Assembly: GCA_036563155.1 (NCBI GenBank)
Contig: DATCMT010000026.1
Span: 7,034 to 71,033 of the forward strand
DNA: 64,000 nt
Direction: 5' to 3'
Source: Rhodanobacter sp.
GTDB taxonomy: Bacteria; Pseudomonadota; Gammaproteobacteria; Xanthomonadales; Rhodanobacteraceae
Shown here in pieces: positions 30,240 to 40,889 of the stretch (positions within the stretch are counted from its first letter, which is position 1; the number at the start of each line of letters is the position of its first letter). Under the pieces are notes generated by a model, which saw nothing but the letters and a program-made list of their open reading frames with translations, had not been told where the DNA came from and searched no databases. Both the position numbers and the translations under genes were made by a program.

Positions 30240-30892
30240 CGCAGTCTCCCGCCGAGCATGCTCCGCGGCACCGCGCCACTCGGCGTCGGATTGACCCGCA
30301 GCGGCACGTCCAGTTGCGGCCATTCGACTTTGCTGTGCAACTGCAATTCAATGCGCACCAACTGTGGCAGCAGGCGCGCATTGTCCCAGCCCGTCGACCA
30401 CCCCAGGCTGGTGCCGTGCTGGTCGACGCCGCGGTAATGGAAGCTGCCATCGGCAATATGGTCCAGCAACACCTGCGGTGGACCCAGCGCCTGCGGTGAT
30501 TGGCCATCGGGCGGCAGTACAACCACACTCAATTCCAGGCGAAAGCCGCCGTCACCATCGTCAACCAGTTGCAGCCGCTGCAACTGCGGGCCCAGTTTGC
30601 CGAGGTAGCCGGGCAACGGCGCCACGAAGCGCATTTCGTGCTCGCTGCCGGCGAAAAAGACCGGCTCGCCATGATCGGTCCTGGTGATCGGTTGCATCAG
30701 GCTCTGGGCGAGCTCGCGGCGCAGGAACTGCTGCGCCGAACGCACCTGGTCCATCCGCTCGATCGCGGCGCTGCCCGCCCGTACGCTGTGGGTGGCGGTG
30801 CGGATGCCCGAGTACACGCCGGTCAGCAACAGTGCCAGCAACACCAGCGAGGCCAACACCTCGAGCAGGGTGAAGCCGGCCGCGCGCTTCAC
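30236..30892 (-). CDS. gspJ: T2SS minor pseudopilin J
   Basis: AAG-FTLLEVLASL class III signal; GTGA overlap. Confidence 0.9.
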   Translation of the reverse strand: MKRAAGFTLLEVLASLVLLALLLTGVYSGIRTATHSVRAGSAAIERMDQVRSAQQFLRRELAQSLMQPITRTDHGEPVFFAGSEHEMRFVAPLPGYLGKLGPQLQRLQLVDDGDGGFRLELSVVVLPPDGQSPQALGPPQVLLDHIADGSFHYRGVDQHGTSLGWSTGWDNARLLPQLVRIELQLHSKVEWPQLDVPLRVNPTPSGAVPRSMLGGRLR

Positions 30893-31356
30893 GGCAGCGC
30901 CTGCGCGGTGGTATTGGCCAGCACCGGCCCGCCCAGCCGCAAGCTGCGGAAATGGGCCGACCGTGGCCGCGCCGGCGGCCCCCACGACACCGAAAGGTCC
31001 AGCTGGTACAACTGCATCGGGGCGCCCGGCAGGGCCGTCCCGGCACCGTTCCACGCGGTCACATCCAGTTGCCAGCGATAGCGTTGGCCGAAGTGGCCGG
31101 CGCTGTGGCCCGGCCGGATTGGTTCACCCACGAACGCGCCGTCCAGCAGGCTGCGCGCATGCAGGGCTGCCTCGCTGTGTTCGGCCGCGTTGTTGCTCAG
31201 CGCCATGGATGCCCCGGCCACCTTCATCAAGGCCGTGAAGGCGATCGCCAGCAGCATGATCGCGGCAATCACCTCGAGCAGGCTGAAACCACGCTGGCGG
31301 GAGCGCTTCCCACCAAGGCACGGCCCGGTGTGCTGGTTTGCGCGCAACGCTTTCAT
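30889..31356 (-). CDS. gspI: T2SS minor pseudopilin I
   Basis: QRG-FSLLEVIAA; ATGA overlap. Confidence 0.88.
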   Translation of the reverse strand: MKALRANQHTGPCLGGKRSRQRGFSLLEVIAAIMLLAIAFTALMKVAGASMALSNNAAEHSEAALHARSLLDGAFVGEPIRPGHSAGHFGQRYRWQLDVTAWNGAGTALPGAPMQLYQLDLSVSWGPPARPRSAHFRSLRLGGPVLANTTAQALP

Positions 31357-31904
31357 TGCCGCGCCACCGTATCGACCACGCTGACGCCACCGGTAAGCCA
31401 CGACACGTTGACGTGCCACTCACGCTCACCGCTGCGCAAGGTGATGCGCCCGCCGGTGGAACTGCCATCGGGGAAGAAGCGGATGCGGCCGGTGTGGTCG
31501 TTGGGCTGGTCCTCCTGCGCGCTGGTGATGCTGACCTGCAAACCCTTGGGCAGCGACACGTTCTGTCGCTTCGCGCCGTCGTAGCTGTTGGCGCGGGTGT
31601 CCACGTCGAAATGCTGCTCCTGACTTTGCACGATGGCCTGGGCGCGGGTGGCGCGCAGCGCAGCGGCCAGCTCACTGCTGGCGGCCCGCACCCGCGCGCT
31701 GGCCAGGCCACCGGTGACCGACACCGATACCGCTGCAGCAGCGATCCCGATCAACAGGATGACCGCCAGCATTTCCAGCAGCGTGAAACCCCCGGTGCGT
31801 CTGGCGCGCCCGACGCGAGTGGCGCGGAACACGGAACAGGCAGCAGCGCCGCTGCCGCGGTACGCCCATGCCCGACCCGCCACGCTGCGGTCGCCGGCGT
31901 TCAT
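31353..31904 (-). CDS. gspH: T2SS minor pseudopilin H
   Basis: GG-FTLLEML, LRATRAQAI, IRFFPDGSSTGG. Confidence 0.92.
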   Translation of the reverse strand: MNAGDRSVAGRAWAYRGSGAAACSVFRATRVGRARRTGGFTLLEMLAVILLIGIAAAAVSVSVTGGLASARVRAASSELAAALRATRAQAIVQSQEQHFDVDTRANSYDGAKRQNVSLPKGLQVSITSAQEDQPNDHTGRIRFFPDGSSTGGRITLRSGEREWHVNVSWLTGGVSVVDTVARQ

Positions 31905-32416
31905 TGCCAGTTTCCGACGTCCTTGCTGTAGCCGTCACCGCCGGGCTGGCCGTCCTGACCGTAGAAGATCAGGTCGAAACCGCCATGCTCACCGGGTGTC
32001 TTGTATCCGAAGGCGTGCCCCCACGGATCGCGCAGATCCGATTCCTTGGCATAGGGCCCCTGCCAATTCGGTGCATTGGCTGGCCGGGTCACCAGCCCTT
32101 CCAGCTGGGCCGGCGGCGAGCCGTTGTCCAGCGAGTAGTTCTCGATTTTCTGGCTCAGCGTCATCAGCTGTGCCTTGCCTGCCCCGTACTTGCCCTTGTC
32201 CACATTCTTGCCGACCTGGGTCACCACCACCGCGCCGATGATGCCGATCAGCACGATGACCGCCAGCATCTCCAGCAAGGTGAAGCCGCCGGCGCGGTGC
32301 GCGCGCCCGCGACTCGGGATTCGGGCTGAGCGGTTCGGATTGGCGGTACTCTGGCGCCGGAGCACCGGGTGGAAGCCCAGCCCGCCAATGCCGGCCCCCC
32401 TCGTCTGTTCAGTCAT
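31901..32416 (-). CDS. gspG: T2SS major pseudopilin G
   Basis: GG-FTLLEMLAVIVLIGII, WQGPY, DPWG..Y, DGQPGGDG. Confidence 0.95.
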   Translation of the reverse strand: MTEQTRGAGIGGLGFHPVLRRQSTANPNRSARIPSRGRAHRAGGFTLLEMLAVIVLIGIIGAVVVTQVGKNVDKGKYGAGKAQLMTLSQKIENYSLDNGSPPAQLEGLVTRPANAPNWQGPYAKESDLRDPWGHAFGYKTPGEHGGFDLIFYGQDGQPGGDGYSKDVGNWQ

Positions 32417-32431
32417 GAAAATCTCCACGTT

Positions 32432-33649
32432 TCACTGGATGTTGCTCGTCAGACTCAATAGCGGCAGCAAGATGGCCGCCATGATGATCGCCACCAGCAC
32501 CGTCATCACGATGGTCAGTGCCGGCACCAGCGCCGCCAGCAAACGGTCGATCGCGCGCCTGGACTCAAGTTCAAAAGTGTCGGCGACTTTCAACAGCATG
32601 GTATCGAGCTGACCGGCTTCCTCGCCCACCTGCACCATCTGCATCGCCAGGCGCGGAAACAGCTTGGCGTGGCCCAGTGCCAGGCTCAGCCCGGCGCCGG
32701 CCTTGACTTGTTCGTGCGCTGCACTCAGCGCGCTGTCCAGCGCGAGGTTGCCGGTAACCTGGCGTGCAATGGTCAAGGCGCTCAGCAACGGTACGCCGTT
32801 TTTCAGCAAGGTGCCCAGCGTGCGCGCGATCCGGGCGGTCTCCACTTTGAGCAGCAACGGGCCGACCAGTCGCCACTGCAGCAGCCGGCTGTGCCAGGCC
32901 AGCCGCGCGACCGGGTCGCGCAGTCGGGCGCGCCACACGAACGCGCCGCCGCCAAGCATCAGCAGGATCAGCCACCACCAGGACTGCAGCGCGTTGCCGA
33001 GCGCCAGCACGGCGGCAGTGATCCACGGTACCGGCACCTGCATGTCTTCGAAGATCGGCACGAACTGCGGCACCACGTAGGCCAGCAACAGCACCAGCGA
33101 ACCCAGCACGCCGACCAACAAAAATGCGGGGTAGATCAGCGCATTGATAATGCTTCCGCGCAGCGCCTGGGCGCGTTCCAGATAATCGGCCAGGCGCCGC
33201 AGGGTTTCCTCCAGCGAACCACCCGCCTCGCCCGCGCGCACCAGCGACACGTACAGTTTCGGAAATACGCCGTGCTCCTCGTCCAGCGCCGAGGACAGCG
33301 CATTGCCGCCGCGCACCCGATCACGCACCCGCTCGATCAACTTGCGGGCGTGCTCGCCCTCGGGCAGTTCGAGCAGGATCGTCAACGCCCGATCGAGCGG
33401 TTGGCCGGCACCCAGCAAGGTGGCCAGCTGATGGGTGAACTGAGCCAACTGGTCGCCGCTGAACGGACCGCGCCGGAACAGCGCCGCCAGGCCGCTGTTG
33501 CCGCCCGCACCATCGGTCGGCTGCGCTGCCAGCGGGGTGTGACCCTGATCCTGCAATCGGGCGATCACTTCCTCGACACTGGCCGCCTCCATCTGGCCCT
33601 GCAGGGTCTCGCCGGCCTCGCTGACGGCCTTGTAGCTGTACTGGGTCAT
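32432..33649 (-). CDS. gspF: T2SS inner-membrane platform protein F
   Basis: QLATLLGAGQPL, AGEAGGSL, ALIYPAFL, VGEEAGQL. Confidence 0.96.
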   Translation of the reverse strand: MTQYSYKAVSEAGETLQGQMEAASVEEVIARLQDQGHTPLAAQPTDGAGGNSGLAALFRRGPFSGDQLAQFTHQLATLLGAGQPLDRALTILLELPEGEHARKLIERVRDRVRGGNALSSALDEEHGVFPKLYVSLVRAGEAGGSLEETLRRLADYLERAQALRGSIINALIYPAFLLVGVLGSLVLLLAYVVPQFVPIFEDMQVPVPWITAAVLALGNALQSWWWLILLMLGGGAFVWRARLRDPVARLAWHSRLLQWRLVGPLLLKVETARIARTLGTLLKNGVPLLSALTIARQVTGNLALDSALSAAHEQVKAGAGLSLALGHAKLFPRLAMQMVQVGEEAGQLDTMLLKVADTFELESRRAIDRLLAALVPALTIVMTVLVAIIMAAILLPLLSLTSNIQ

Positions 33650-33754
33650 GCCGCCGCGATCCGTCCTGATGCAAGGGCGTGCCACTCACCCCGGTCCTCT
33701 GCCCGCGTGGGAAGCGGCATCCCCGCACGATTCAAATCCCCAGTGGCGCGATGC

Positions 33755-35488
33755 TCAGCCTTCCTGCGTGACACGCAGCACCTCCTCCAGCGTGGTAATG
33801 CCGGCCACCGCCTTGGCGATGCCGTCTTCATACATCGTACGCATGCCTTCGGCGCGCGCCTGCCGCTCGATCGCGCCCTCGTCGGCGCGCTGCATGACCA
33901 GCCGACGCAGCGGGTCGCTCATGGTGAGGAATTCCATGATCGCGCGGCGGCCGCGATAGCCGGTGGGGTTGGCGGTGCTGCTGCCCGGTTTCCACAGCCG
34001 GATCGGTCGTTCCTCGGTGTACTTCGCCAACTCGAACTGTTCGATCACCTCGGGCAGTGCCTCGTACGCGATTGCGGTCTCCGGGTCGAGTCGCCGAACC
34101 AGCCGCTGCGCCAGAATGCCGTTGATGGTCGAGCCCAGCAGATAATCCTCCACACCCATGTCGAGCAGGCGCGTGATGCCGCCCGCGGCGGAATTGGTAT
34201 GCAGGGTGGAGAGCACCAGGTGACCGGTGAGCGCGGACTGGATCGCGATGCGGCAAGTCTCCAGGTCGCGCATCTCGCCGATCATGATCACGTCCGGGTC
34301 CTGCCGCATGATCGAGCGCAATGCGCCGGAGAAATCCAGTCCGATCTGCGGCTTCACCTGGATCTGGTTGATGCCCTCGAGCTGGTATTCGACCGGATCT
34401 TCGACCGTGATGATTTTCACGTCCGGCGTGTTGATCTGCGACAGCGCGGTGTACAGCGTGGTGGTCTTGCCCGAGCCGGTCGGCCCGGTCACCAGCAGGA
34501 TCCCGTGCGGGCGGTTCAACACCTCGACAAAGCGCGACTGGAAGCTGTCGGTGAAACCCAGCGAGGCGAAGTCGAACACCACCGATTCGCGATCCAAAAT
34601 GCGCATCACCACCGATTCACCGAAGCTGGTCGGTACGGTGGATACGCGCAAATCCAGCTCCTTGCCCTGCACGCGCAACTGGATGCGGCCATCCTGCGGC
34701 AGGCGGCGCTCGGCAATGTTGAGCCGCGCCATGATCTTCACGCGCGAAATCACCGCCGCGGTCGACGACGAGGGCGGTGCCTCCACTTCGTGCAGCACCC
34801 CGTCGATCCGGTAGCGCACTTTCAAGCGGTTCTCGAACGGTTCGATGTGCACATCCGAGGCGCGCTGTTCGGCCGCACGCTGCAGGATCAGGTTCACCAG
34901 CCGGATCACCGGTGCTTCCGAGGCCAGGTCGCGCAGGTGTTCGACGTCGTCCTCTTCGGCCGCGCTGCCATCGAGGTTTTCCACGATCGCGCCCATCGCC
35001 GAGCGCCCGCTGCCGTAATAGCGTTCAATCAGCCCGTCGATCTCCGAGCGCAGGCCCACGCGCAGCGCCACCGGACGACCGGCGGCCAGTTCGACGGCCT
35101 GCCGTGGATACGGGTCGGCCGGATCGGATACCAGCAAGGCCAGTCCGTGTTCACCGTCCTGCAGCGGCACCACATGCTGCTCCTTGAGAAAACGCAGCGA
35201 CACGTCCAGGTCCGCCGGCGGCAACTCCGGTGCATCGCGCGCGGTCAGCAGCGGCACCTGCAGCAGTTCGGCCCAGCCTTCGGCGAGGTCGCGCTCGGAG
35301 ACCAGCCCCAGCCGCGCCATCAGCGTGGTCAGGGTGCCCTCGCTGGATTCCTCGTGCAGCCGCCGCGCTCGGCCCAGGTCGCCGTCCTTCAGGCGACCAC
35401 GCGCCACCAGCCAGGCGCAGACTTGCGCCTCACGGTCGTCCACGGCGATGCCTGCACCGCTGACCGCCGGTTCAAACACCTCCGTCAT
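33755..35488 (-). CDS. gspE: T2SS ATPase E
   Basis: ASDVHIEP, GPTGSGKTTTLY, TVEDPVE, DPDVIMIGEMRD, TGHLVLSTLH. Confidence 0.97.
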   Translation of the reverse strand: MTEVFEPAVSGAGIAVDDREAQVCAWLVARGRLKDGDLGRARRLHEESSEGTLTTLMARLGLVSERDLAEGWAELLQVPLLTARDAPELPPADLDVSLRFLKEQHVVPLQDGEHGLALLVSDPADPYPRQAVELAAGRPVALRVGLRSEIDGLIERYYGSGRSAMGAIVENLDGSAAEEDDVEHLRDLASEAPVIRLVNLILQRAAEQRASDVHIEPFENRLKVRYRIDGVLHEVEAPPSSSTAAVISRVKIMARLNIAERRLPQDGRIQLRVQGKELDLRVSTVPTSFGESVVMRILDRESVVFDFASLGFTDSFQSRFVEVLNRPHGILLVTGPTGSGKTTTLYTALSQINTPDVKIITVEDPVEYQLEGINQIQVKPQIGLDFSGALRSIMRQDPDVIMIGEMRDLETCRIAIQSALTGHLVLSTLHTNSAAGGITRLLDMGVEDYLLGSTINGILAQRLVRRLDPETAIAYEALPEVIEQFELAKYTEERPIRLWKPGSSTANPTGYRGRRAIMEFLTMSDPLRRLVMQRADEGAIERQARAEGMRTMYEDGIAKAVAGITTLEEVLRVTQEG

Positions 35489-35662
35489 CGTCCACCCCGC
35501 CTCATCTATTGAAAGGCCGTCGACGCTCCCCATGGCGAAACGGCGGACGCCATAGGTATCACATCCGCGCGGCAACAAGCGAGCGCCGGGACGCGGTTCG
35601 AGTTTGCGAAAAGGCCGGCACCTGCGCGGACGCCGGCCTTTTCCAACGCGCTGGGTAGCAGG

Positions 35663-37537
35663 CTACCAGCCGATGCCCACGCCGACACCGCCCGACGTTT
35701 CGTTGCCGCTTACTGCCGCGCCAAAGGTCAGGTTGGCCTTGGGCGACAACTGCCGCGAATAGCCCACCGACAAGGCCGCTTGGCCACCATAGCCACCCAC
35801 GCCCACGCCCAGGCGGTTCGGGGTGTTGATGCCCTGCGTGCTGAATGCCATCTGCGCCATCGCCGTGCCCATCGCACCGACCTGGTTCACGCGCTTGTCC
35901 ATCACGTGGAACCGCTGGTTCACGTCGCTGCGCAGCGAACTGAGGTCGGCCGTGCTGGCCAGGCTGCCGAACTTCTGGTCGGTGTACGCATTCGCGCTTT
36001 GCAGCGTTTGTTGGGCGTTGGCGTCACTGTAGTTCCTCGCGGTGACCAGGGCTTCCTGCACCTGACCCCAGTTCGCCGCGTCGGTGGTCTGCGTCCCAGC
36101 GGCCACGTTGGTGATCTGGCGCTCAAAACCGACGCTGCCCACGGAAACCGTGTTGGCCCGATCTGCCAGCGACTGGGCCCCAAGAGCCACTGAATTGTCG
36201 GCATCCAGCTGGACCCACGCAGCGGAGCCCAGTGCCGTGCCGTTGGTCGCACCGGAGCCGGCCAACCAACCGAACGCTGCGGCATAGTCGGCCATGGCGT
36301 AACTGCCGGCGCCCAATGCCGTGGCGCCAAACCCGGACGCCTCGGTCACAAAGGTGGCGCCTGCCGCCGAGCCGCCCAAGGCCACGGACTCGTTGCCACT
36401 AGCGTGGCTGCTGTCACCCACCGCGACGCTGCTGGCGCCGCTGGCTTGTGCGGCTGCCCCACTGGCGAGCGAATAGTCGCCGAGCGCCAGCGAGCTGTAA
36501 CCGAGTGCTGAAGACAGAAAACCCGTTGCCCCGCTGAAACCACCAAGCGCCATTGCACCCGCGTTCAGCGCACCACTGTTGAAGCCCAGCGCGACTGCCT
36601 GTTGACCCGTGGCACCACCGTTGCCGCCAGCGGTCTGGCTGCCAATGCCGATAGCGTAGCTACCCGCGGCGTAGCTGTCCGCACCGAGCGCCATGGCGCC
36701 GGTTGCCAGCGCAACGGCGTTGCTGCCCAATGCGGTCGCCGAGTCGGCACCACTGACGGCCGCGCCACCGACCGCAGTGGCACCGGCGCCCTGCGCCCAT
36801 GCCCCATTGCCGGTCGCGGTTGCATTGTCGCCGATGCCCACCGTCTGGTAGCCAAGCGCCATCGCCCCGCGACCTTCGGCCGCCGCCAGGGAGCCCACCG
36901 CGATCGACCCTTCACCCTGGGCCTCGGTGGCCAGATACCCGTTGGCCGGGTCCGGATCGCCGCCGCCGATCGCGATGCTGCCGCGATCAGAAGCCTGTGC
37001 GTTGGCCCCCAGCGCCACGCTGTTGTAACCGTCGGCCCCGGCGTTGCTGCCGCCCGCGAACGCTCCCTGGCCGGTCGCGTAGGCGAGCGCGCCCACGGCG
37101 GTGCTGTCGGCGCCATCCGCGCCGGCGCCGGCGCCCAGTGCAGTGGCCCCGAACGCGCTCGCCTCGGTGTTGTAGACGGTGCCGTCGATGTCGACGTAGG
37201 CACCACCCACGGCGGTGGCCGAACCGGCGGTCGCGCTGGCGTTGGAACCGACCGCGCTGGCGTTGTCGCCAACGGCGTCGGCGTCCACGCCGCAAGCGAA
37301 CGCGCCGTCACCGACGGGCGTGGCCGGTACCGTGGTGGTGACGCCGTCGGTCGTAATGGTGCATGTGGCCGGTGCCGTCTGTGCCTGCACGGTCAGAGGT
37401 GCGAGCGCCAGCGCCAGTGCGCCGACAAGCAACCGCAAACGCGTGGCGCCCGCTTGGCGGCGGCTGTGCGCCAACTCGGACGCGACGACCATCGCGCCGG
37501 GCGCCGGATTCCATATCTTGCTGTGGATCTTGTTCAT
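35663..37537 (-). CDS. Trimeric autotransporter adhesin (YadA/XadA-like) with ESPR leader
   Basis: MNKIHSKIWN..MVVASE ESPR, many A.A.G..S.A.G head repeats, neck VSVG..ERQITNVAAG, anchor ending GVGIGW. Confidence 0.93.
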   Translation of the reverse strand: MNKIHSKIWNPAPGAMVVASELAHSRRQAGATRLRLLVGALALALAPLTVQAQTAPATCTITTDGVTTTVPATPVGDGAFACGVDADAVGDNASAVGSNASATAGSATAVGGAYVDIDGTVYNTEASAFGATALGAGAGADGADSTAVGALAYATGQGAFAGGSNAGADGYNSVALGANAQASDRGSIAIGGGDPDPANGYLATEAQGEGSIAVGSLAAAEGRGAMALGYQTVGIGDNATATGNGAWAQGAGATAVGGAAVSGADSATALGSNAVALATGAMALGADSYAAGSYAIGIGSQTAGGNGGATGQQAVALGFNSGALNAGAMALGGFSGATGFLSSALGYSSLALGDYSLASGAAAQASGASSVAVGDSSHASGNESVALGGSAAGATFVTEASGFGATALGAGSYAMADYAAAFGWLAGSGATNGTALGSAAWVQLDADNSVALGAQSLADRANTVSVGSVGFERQITNVAAGTQTTDAANWGQVQEALVTARNYSDANAQQTLQSANAYTDQKFGSLASTADLSSLRSDVNQRFHVMDKRVNQVGAMGTAMAQMAFSTQGINTPNRLGVGVGGYGGQAALSVGYSRQLSPKANLTFGAAVSGNETSGGVGVGIGW

Positions 37538-37698
37538 GGCAATTTCCCTGTGCGGTCGCAACGACTTGTCGCGCAGCGGCACCGCTTTCGTGTGATCTGG
37601 ATGCATTGGGCCCGGACCGCCACCCGGAACCGAGCCGGGTGGTTGTCCCCGCCTCAACAGGAAGGGTGAGCGACCGGCGGCCGCTGCACAGATGGCCT

Positions 37699-39294
37699 TT
37701 ATCTGGGCGGATTGGCGCAGATGACGCTCACCGCATCAAACGCCGCCGCAACATCACTGTCGCTGTAGCCGCGATCCACTGCTGCCTGCTCGACACCGCA
37801 AGCGCCCGTGTCGAATGTCTCCGTCGGGCCCCAGTACAGCGCGTTGGCGTCGTGGAAGACCTCAAACGCCATGCGGGTGTTCCAACCGGAGGTTTTCGCG
37901 AGCTGGCAGAACGCACGGTTGTAAACACCACTGCTGTAGTGCACGTCGAGTCCGTCGTAGTAGTCGCGTGCACTGTCGATGGACACCCCGTCGTTGCTGG
38001 GCGTGCACATGTCGCGCAACGCCGCCATGCCCAGCAAGGGCACCGTGGCCGGCTTGACCATGTCCGCGCCGACCATGAAGTCGTTGCGGCCGCGGTCGAA
38101 GTACTTCACCGCCTCGCCAGCCATGTCGGAGAACGCCTCGTTCATGCCGCCGGACTGCCCCGTGTACTCGAGGCTGGAATGCTGCTCGGTGAAGCCGTGA
38201 CTGATTTCGTGTCCCGTCACGTCCAGCACCACCAGCGGATAGAAATACTGGTCGCCGTCGCCGAAAACCATTTCGCTGCCATCCCAGAATGCGTTGCCGT
38301 AGTTGGTACCGTAATGCACCCACATGGACAGTTGCATGGGTGAGCCGTCCGGATTCTGCAGCGGCGGCGCGCCAAACCAGCTGCTGTACATGTCGTGCAC
38401 CACGCCACCGAAATGGTGGGCGTCGTTGATCGGCGAGTACGCCCCATTGATGGCATCGCCGAAGCTGACCCAGTTCGCGGGATCGGAACCGGCGCAGCCG
38501 AACGACCACTGATTGACGCGCTGGCCGCCAGCCAGGTTGTAGGTTGCCACCTCGTCATTCCGCAGGTAGCAGACGTTGCTCACGCGTTCGGCACTGAGAA
38601 ACTCCCGACCCGGACCCGAGTTGTCGTAGTGATAAAGCCCGGTGAGATCGTTGCCGCCGGGGCCAGTAGCAGACACCGGGATCGGAGTGACGCCGCCACG
38701 CGGGCGCCGACCGTAAGTGAGACCCTCCCACTGCTTGACCACTTCGCCGGTATTGGCGTCGATGATGGCGGTGGGGCGGGACGGGTGCCCCTGGACGTTG
38801 ACGACATACGAGGTTTCGTACACCAGCCTGGTGGCACCCTGGCTCTGCGGATAGACGAACAGTTTCGCCTTGGTGTTGGTAACCGGCAACGCGGCGTGAC
38901 CCATCTGCGACTGCAACGCGCTGGTCGCCTGCGCTGCCGGCAACCGTGGGGTCACGGAAATCAGGTCCGCGCCGACATCGCGCTCAGCCGTGCCGCGAAC
39001 CGACACCACCAGGCCGCGCGCGTCACGCTCCACCACCAGCGCGCGCCCATAAACGGGGACGTCTTTGTATGTTTGCTGCTCACGGGTCTTGACCGTGCCC
39101 CGCCGGGTGCGCAACTCATGCTGCACCACGAAGGCCGATCCGACACCAAGATTCAGATGGTTGGCCAGCGCGGTCGGTGCAACACGGCCCAGCTGCGTTG
39201 CGTGAACGTCAACCTGCGTCGCTGCCATGCACCACGGCGTGGCAGCGCTACCGAAGACCATCAACAGCGCGCCGGCGAGTTTCTTCTTCAACAT
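37699..39294 (-). CDS. Secreted M4 (thermolysin/elastase-family) metalloprotease
   Basis: Signal peptide, FTP/PepSY propeptide, NAFWDG, HEISH, GGMNEAFSD, DVHYSSGVYN. Confidence 0.95.
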   Translation of the reverse strand: MLKKKLAGALLMVFGSAATPWCMAATQVDVHATQLGRVAPTALANHLNLGVGSAFVVQHELRTRRGTVKTREQQTYKDVPVYGRALVVERDARGLVVSVRGTAERDVGADLISVTPRLPAAQATSALQSQMGHAALPVTNTKAKLFVYPQSQGATRLVYETSYVVNVQGHPSRPTAIIDANTGEVVKQWEGLTYGRRPRGGVTPIPVSATGPGGNDLTGLYHYDNSGPGREFLSAERVSNVCYLRNDEVATYNLAGGQRVNQWSFGCAGSDPANWVSFGDAINGAYSPINDAHHFGGVVHDMYSSWFGAPPLQNPDGSPMQLSMWVHYGTNYGNAFWDGSEMVFGDGDQYFYPLVVLDVTGHEISHGFTEQHSSLEYTGQSGGMNEAFSDMAGEAVKYFDRGRNDFMVGADMVKPATVPLLGMAALRDMCTPSNDGVSIDSARDYYDGLDVHYSSGVYNRAFCQLAKTSGWNTRMAFEVFHDANALYWGPTETFDTGACGVEQAAVDRGYSDSDVAAAFDAVSVICANPPR

Positions 39295-39495
39295 TCGCTT
39301 CCCCCTGAGAAACAGAACCCACGACCGGCGCCCGCGAAGGTGCCAGCTGGTTTGAATCGAGTGATATCGGTCGCCCCCGAGCTGCCGACCCGTGCAAACT
39401 AGAACGCAGCAGAAGTTCCGTCAATCGGAAAAATTCCGAGATGGGCTTCGCCCGGCAACATATCGCTGAGACAATGACCCTTTTGCAGGCCCCGC

Positions 39496-40284
39496 ATGAA
39501 CCTCGTCGACATCGGCGCAAATCTCGGTCACGAATCCTTCGCGCACGACCTCCGCGAGGTGCTTGATCGTGCATCGGCACAGGGGGTGCAGCGCATGATC
39601 GTCACCGGCGCCTCCTGCGAAGGAAGCACTGCCGCGCTGGATCTGGCACAGCGTCACCCGGGCATCCTGTTCGCCACAGCCGGCGTGCATCCGCACCACG
39701 CAATTGACTACGACGACGATACCGATGCGCTGCTGCGCCGGCTGGCACAGTCGTCGGAAGTACGCGCGGTAGGCGAAACCGGCTTGGACTACCACCGCAA
39801 CTACTCGCCACCCGACGTGCAACGGCAGGTATTCGAGCGGCAGCTGCAGATCGCGGTGGATCTGCAAATGCCGCTGTTTCTGCACCAGCGCGATGCGCAC
39901 GCCGATTTCATCGCGCTGCTGCGGCGCTATCGCGACAAGGTGCCTGCCGCGGTGGTGCACTGTTTCACGGATACCGGCGAGGCGCTGCGCGACTACCTGG
40001 ACCTGGACTGCCACATCGGCATCACCGGCTGGATCTGCGACGAGCGCCGCGGCACCCACTTGCGCGAGTTGGTGCGCGAAATTCCCGCCAACCGATTGAT
40101 GATCGAGACCGACGCGCCTTACCTGTTGCCGCGCACGGTTCGACCGCAGCCGCCGCACCGTCGCAACGAGCCGATGTACCTGAGACACATCTGCGAGGAA
40201 GTCGCCCGCGATCGCGGCGAATCCGCGGACGTCACGGCGGCGAACAGCACGGCCACGGCCGAGGCGTTCTTCGGCCTGCTTTGA
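39496..40284 (+). CDS. tatD: TatD-family nuclease
   Basis: GVHPH, VGETGLD, FLHQRDA, VVHCF, IETDAPY, RNEP. Confidence 0.95.
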   Translation: MNLVDIGANLGHESFAHDLREVLDRASAQGVQRMIVTGASCEGSTAALDLAQRHPGILFATAGVHPHHAIDYDDDTDALLRRLAQSSEVRAVGETGLDYHRNYSPPDVQRQVFERQLQIAVDLQMPLFLHQRDAHADFIALLRRYRDKVPAAVVHCFTDTGEALRDYLDLDCHIGITGWICDERRGTHLRELVREIPANRLMIETDAPYLLPRTVRPQPPHRRNEPMYLRHICEEVARDRGESADVTAANSTATAEAFFGLL

Positions 40285-40300
40285 TCCCGGGCCAAATGCG

Positions 40301-40837
40301 CTACGGCGCGATGATCCGCATCTCACCCGGCGCCAGACCATCGAGTGTGTAGTCACCAATCCGCACGCGGATCAGTCGCAAGGTCGGAAAGCCCACTGCC
40401 GCGGTCATCCGGCGCACCTGGCGGTTGCGGCCCTCGCGCAGGGTCAGGCTGAGCCAGCTGGTGGGTATCGATTTGCGGTACCGCACCGGCGGGTCGCGCG
40501 GCCACAGCCACTCGGGTGCGTCGGCGAACAAGGCCTGTGCCGGCAAGGTCGGCCCGTCGTTCAAGGTCACGCCGTGGCACAACGCCCGCAACGCAGCCTC
40601 GTCGATCGTTCCGTCGACCTGCGCCAGGTAAGTCTTGGCCTGCTTGTGGCGCGGATCGGTAAGGCGATGTGCCAGCGGCCCGTCGTCAGTGAGCAGCAAC
40701 AGGCCTTCACTGTCGTGATCCAGCCGTCCGGCCGCATAGACGTCCTTGTGCCGCACATAGTCAGCCAGCGTGGGCCGACCACGATCGTCGGTGAACTGGC
40801 AAAGCACGCCATAAGGCTTGTTGAGCGCGATCAGCAC
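40301..40837 (-). CDS. rluE: RsuA/RluE-family rRNA pseudouridine synthase
   Basis: [33 protein letters not shown]. Confidence 0.88.
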   Translation of the reverse strand: MLIALNKPYGVLCQFTDDRGRPTLADYVRHKDVYAAGRLDHDSEGLLLLTDDGPLAHRLTDPRHKQAKTYLAQVDGTIDEAALRALCHGVTLNDGPTLPAQALFADAPEWLWPRDPPVRYRKSIPTSWLSLTLREGRNRQVRRMTAAVGFPTLRLIRVRIGDYTLDGLAPGEMRIIAP

Positions 40838-40889
40838 GGAACCGGTTCAGCCCCGGGAGGACCGGGGCCAAGCGCCTGCGGGGCGCACC

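Noticed and set aside
24540-35488. T2SS lacking gspC and gspO
   Set aside because: Normal for xps clusters: XpsN is the GspC equivalent and PilD is shared.
35663-39294. Adhesin and protease genes directly upstream of the T2SS
   Set aside because: Similar xadA/protease-xpsE linkage is known in Xanthomonas.
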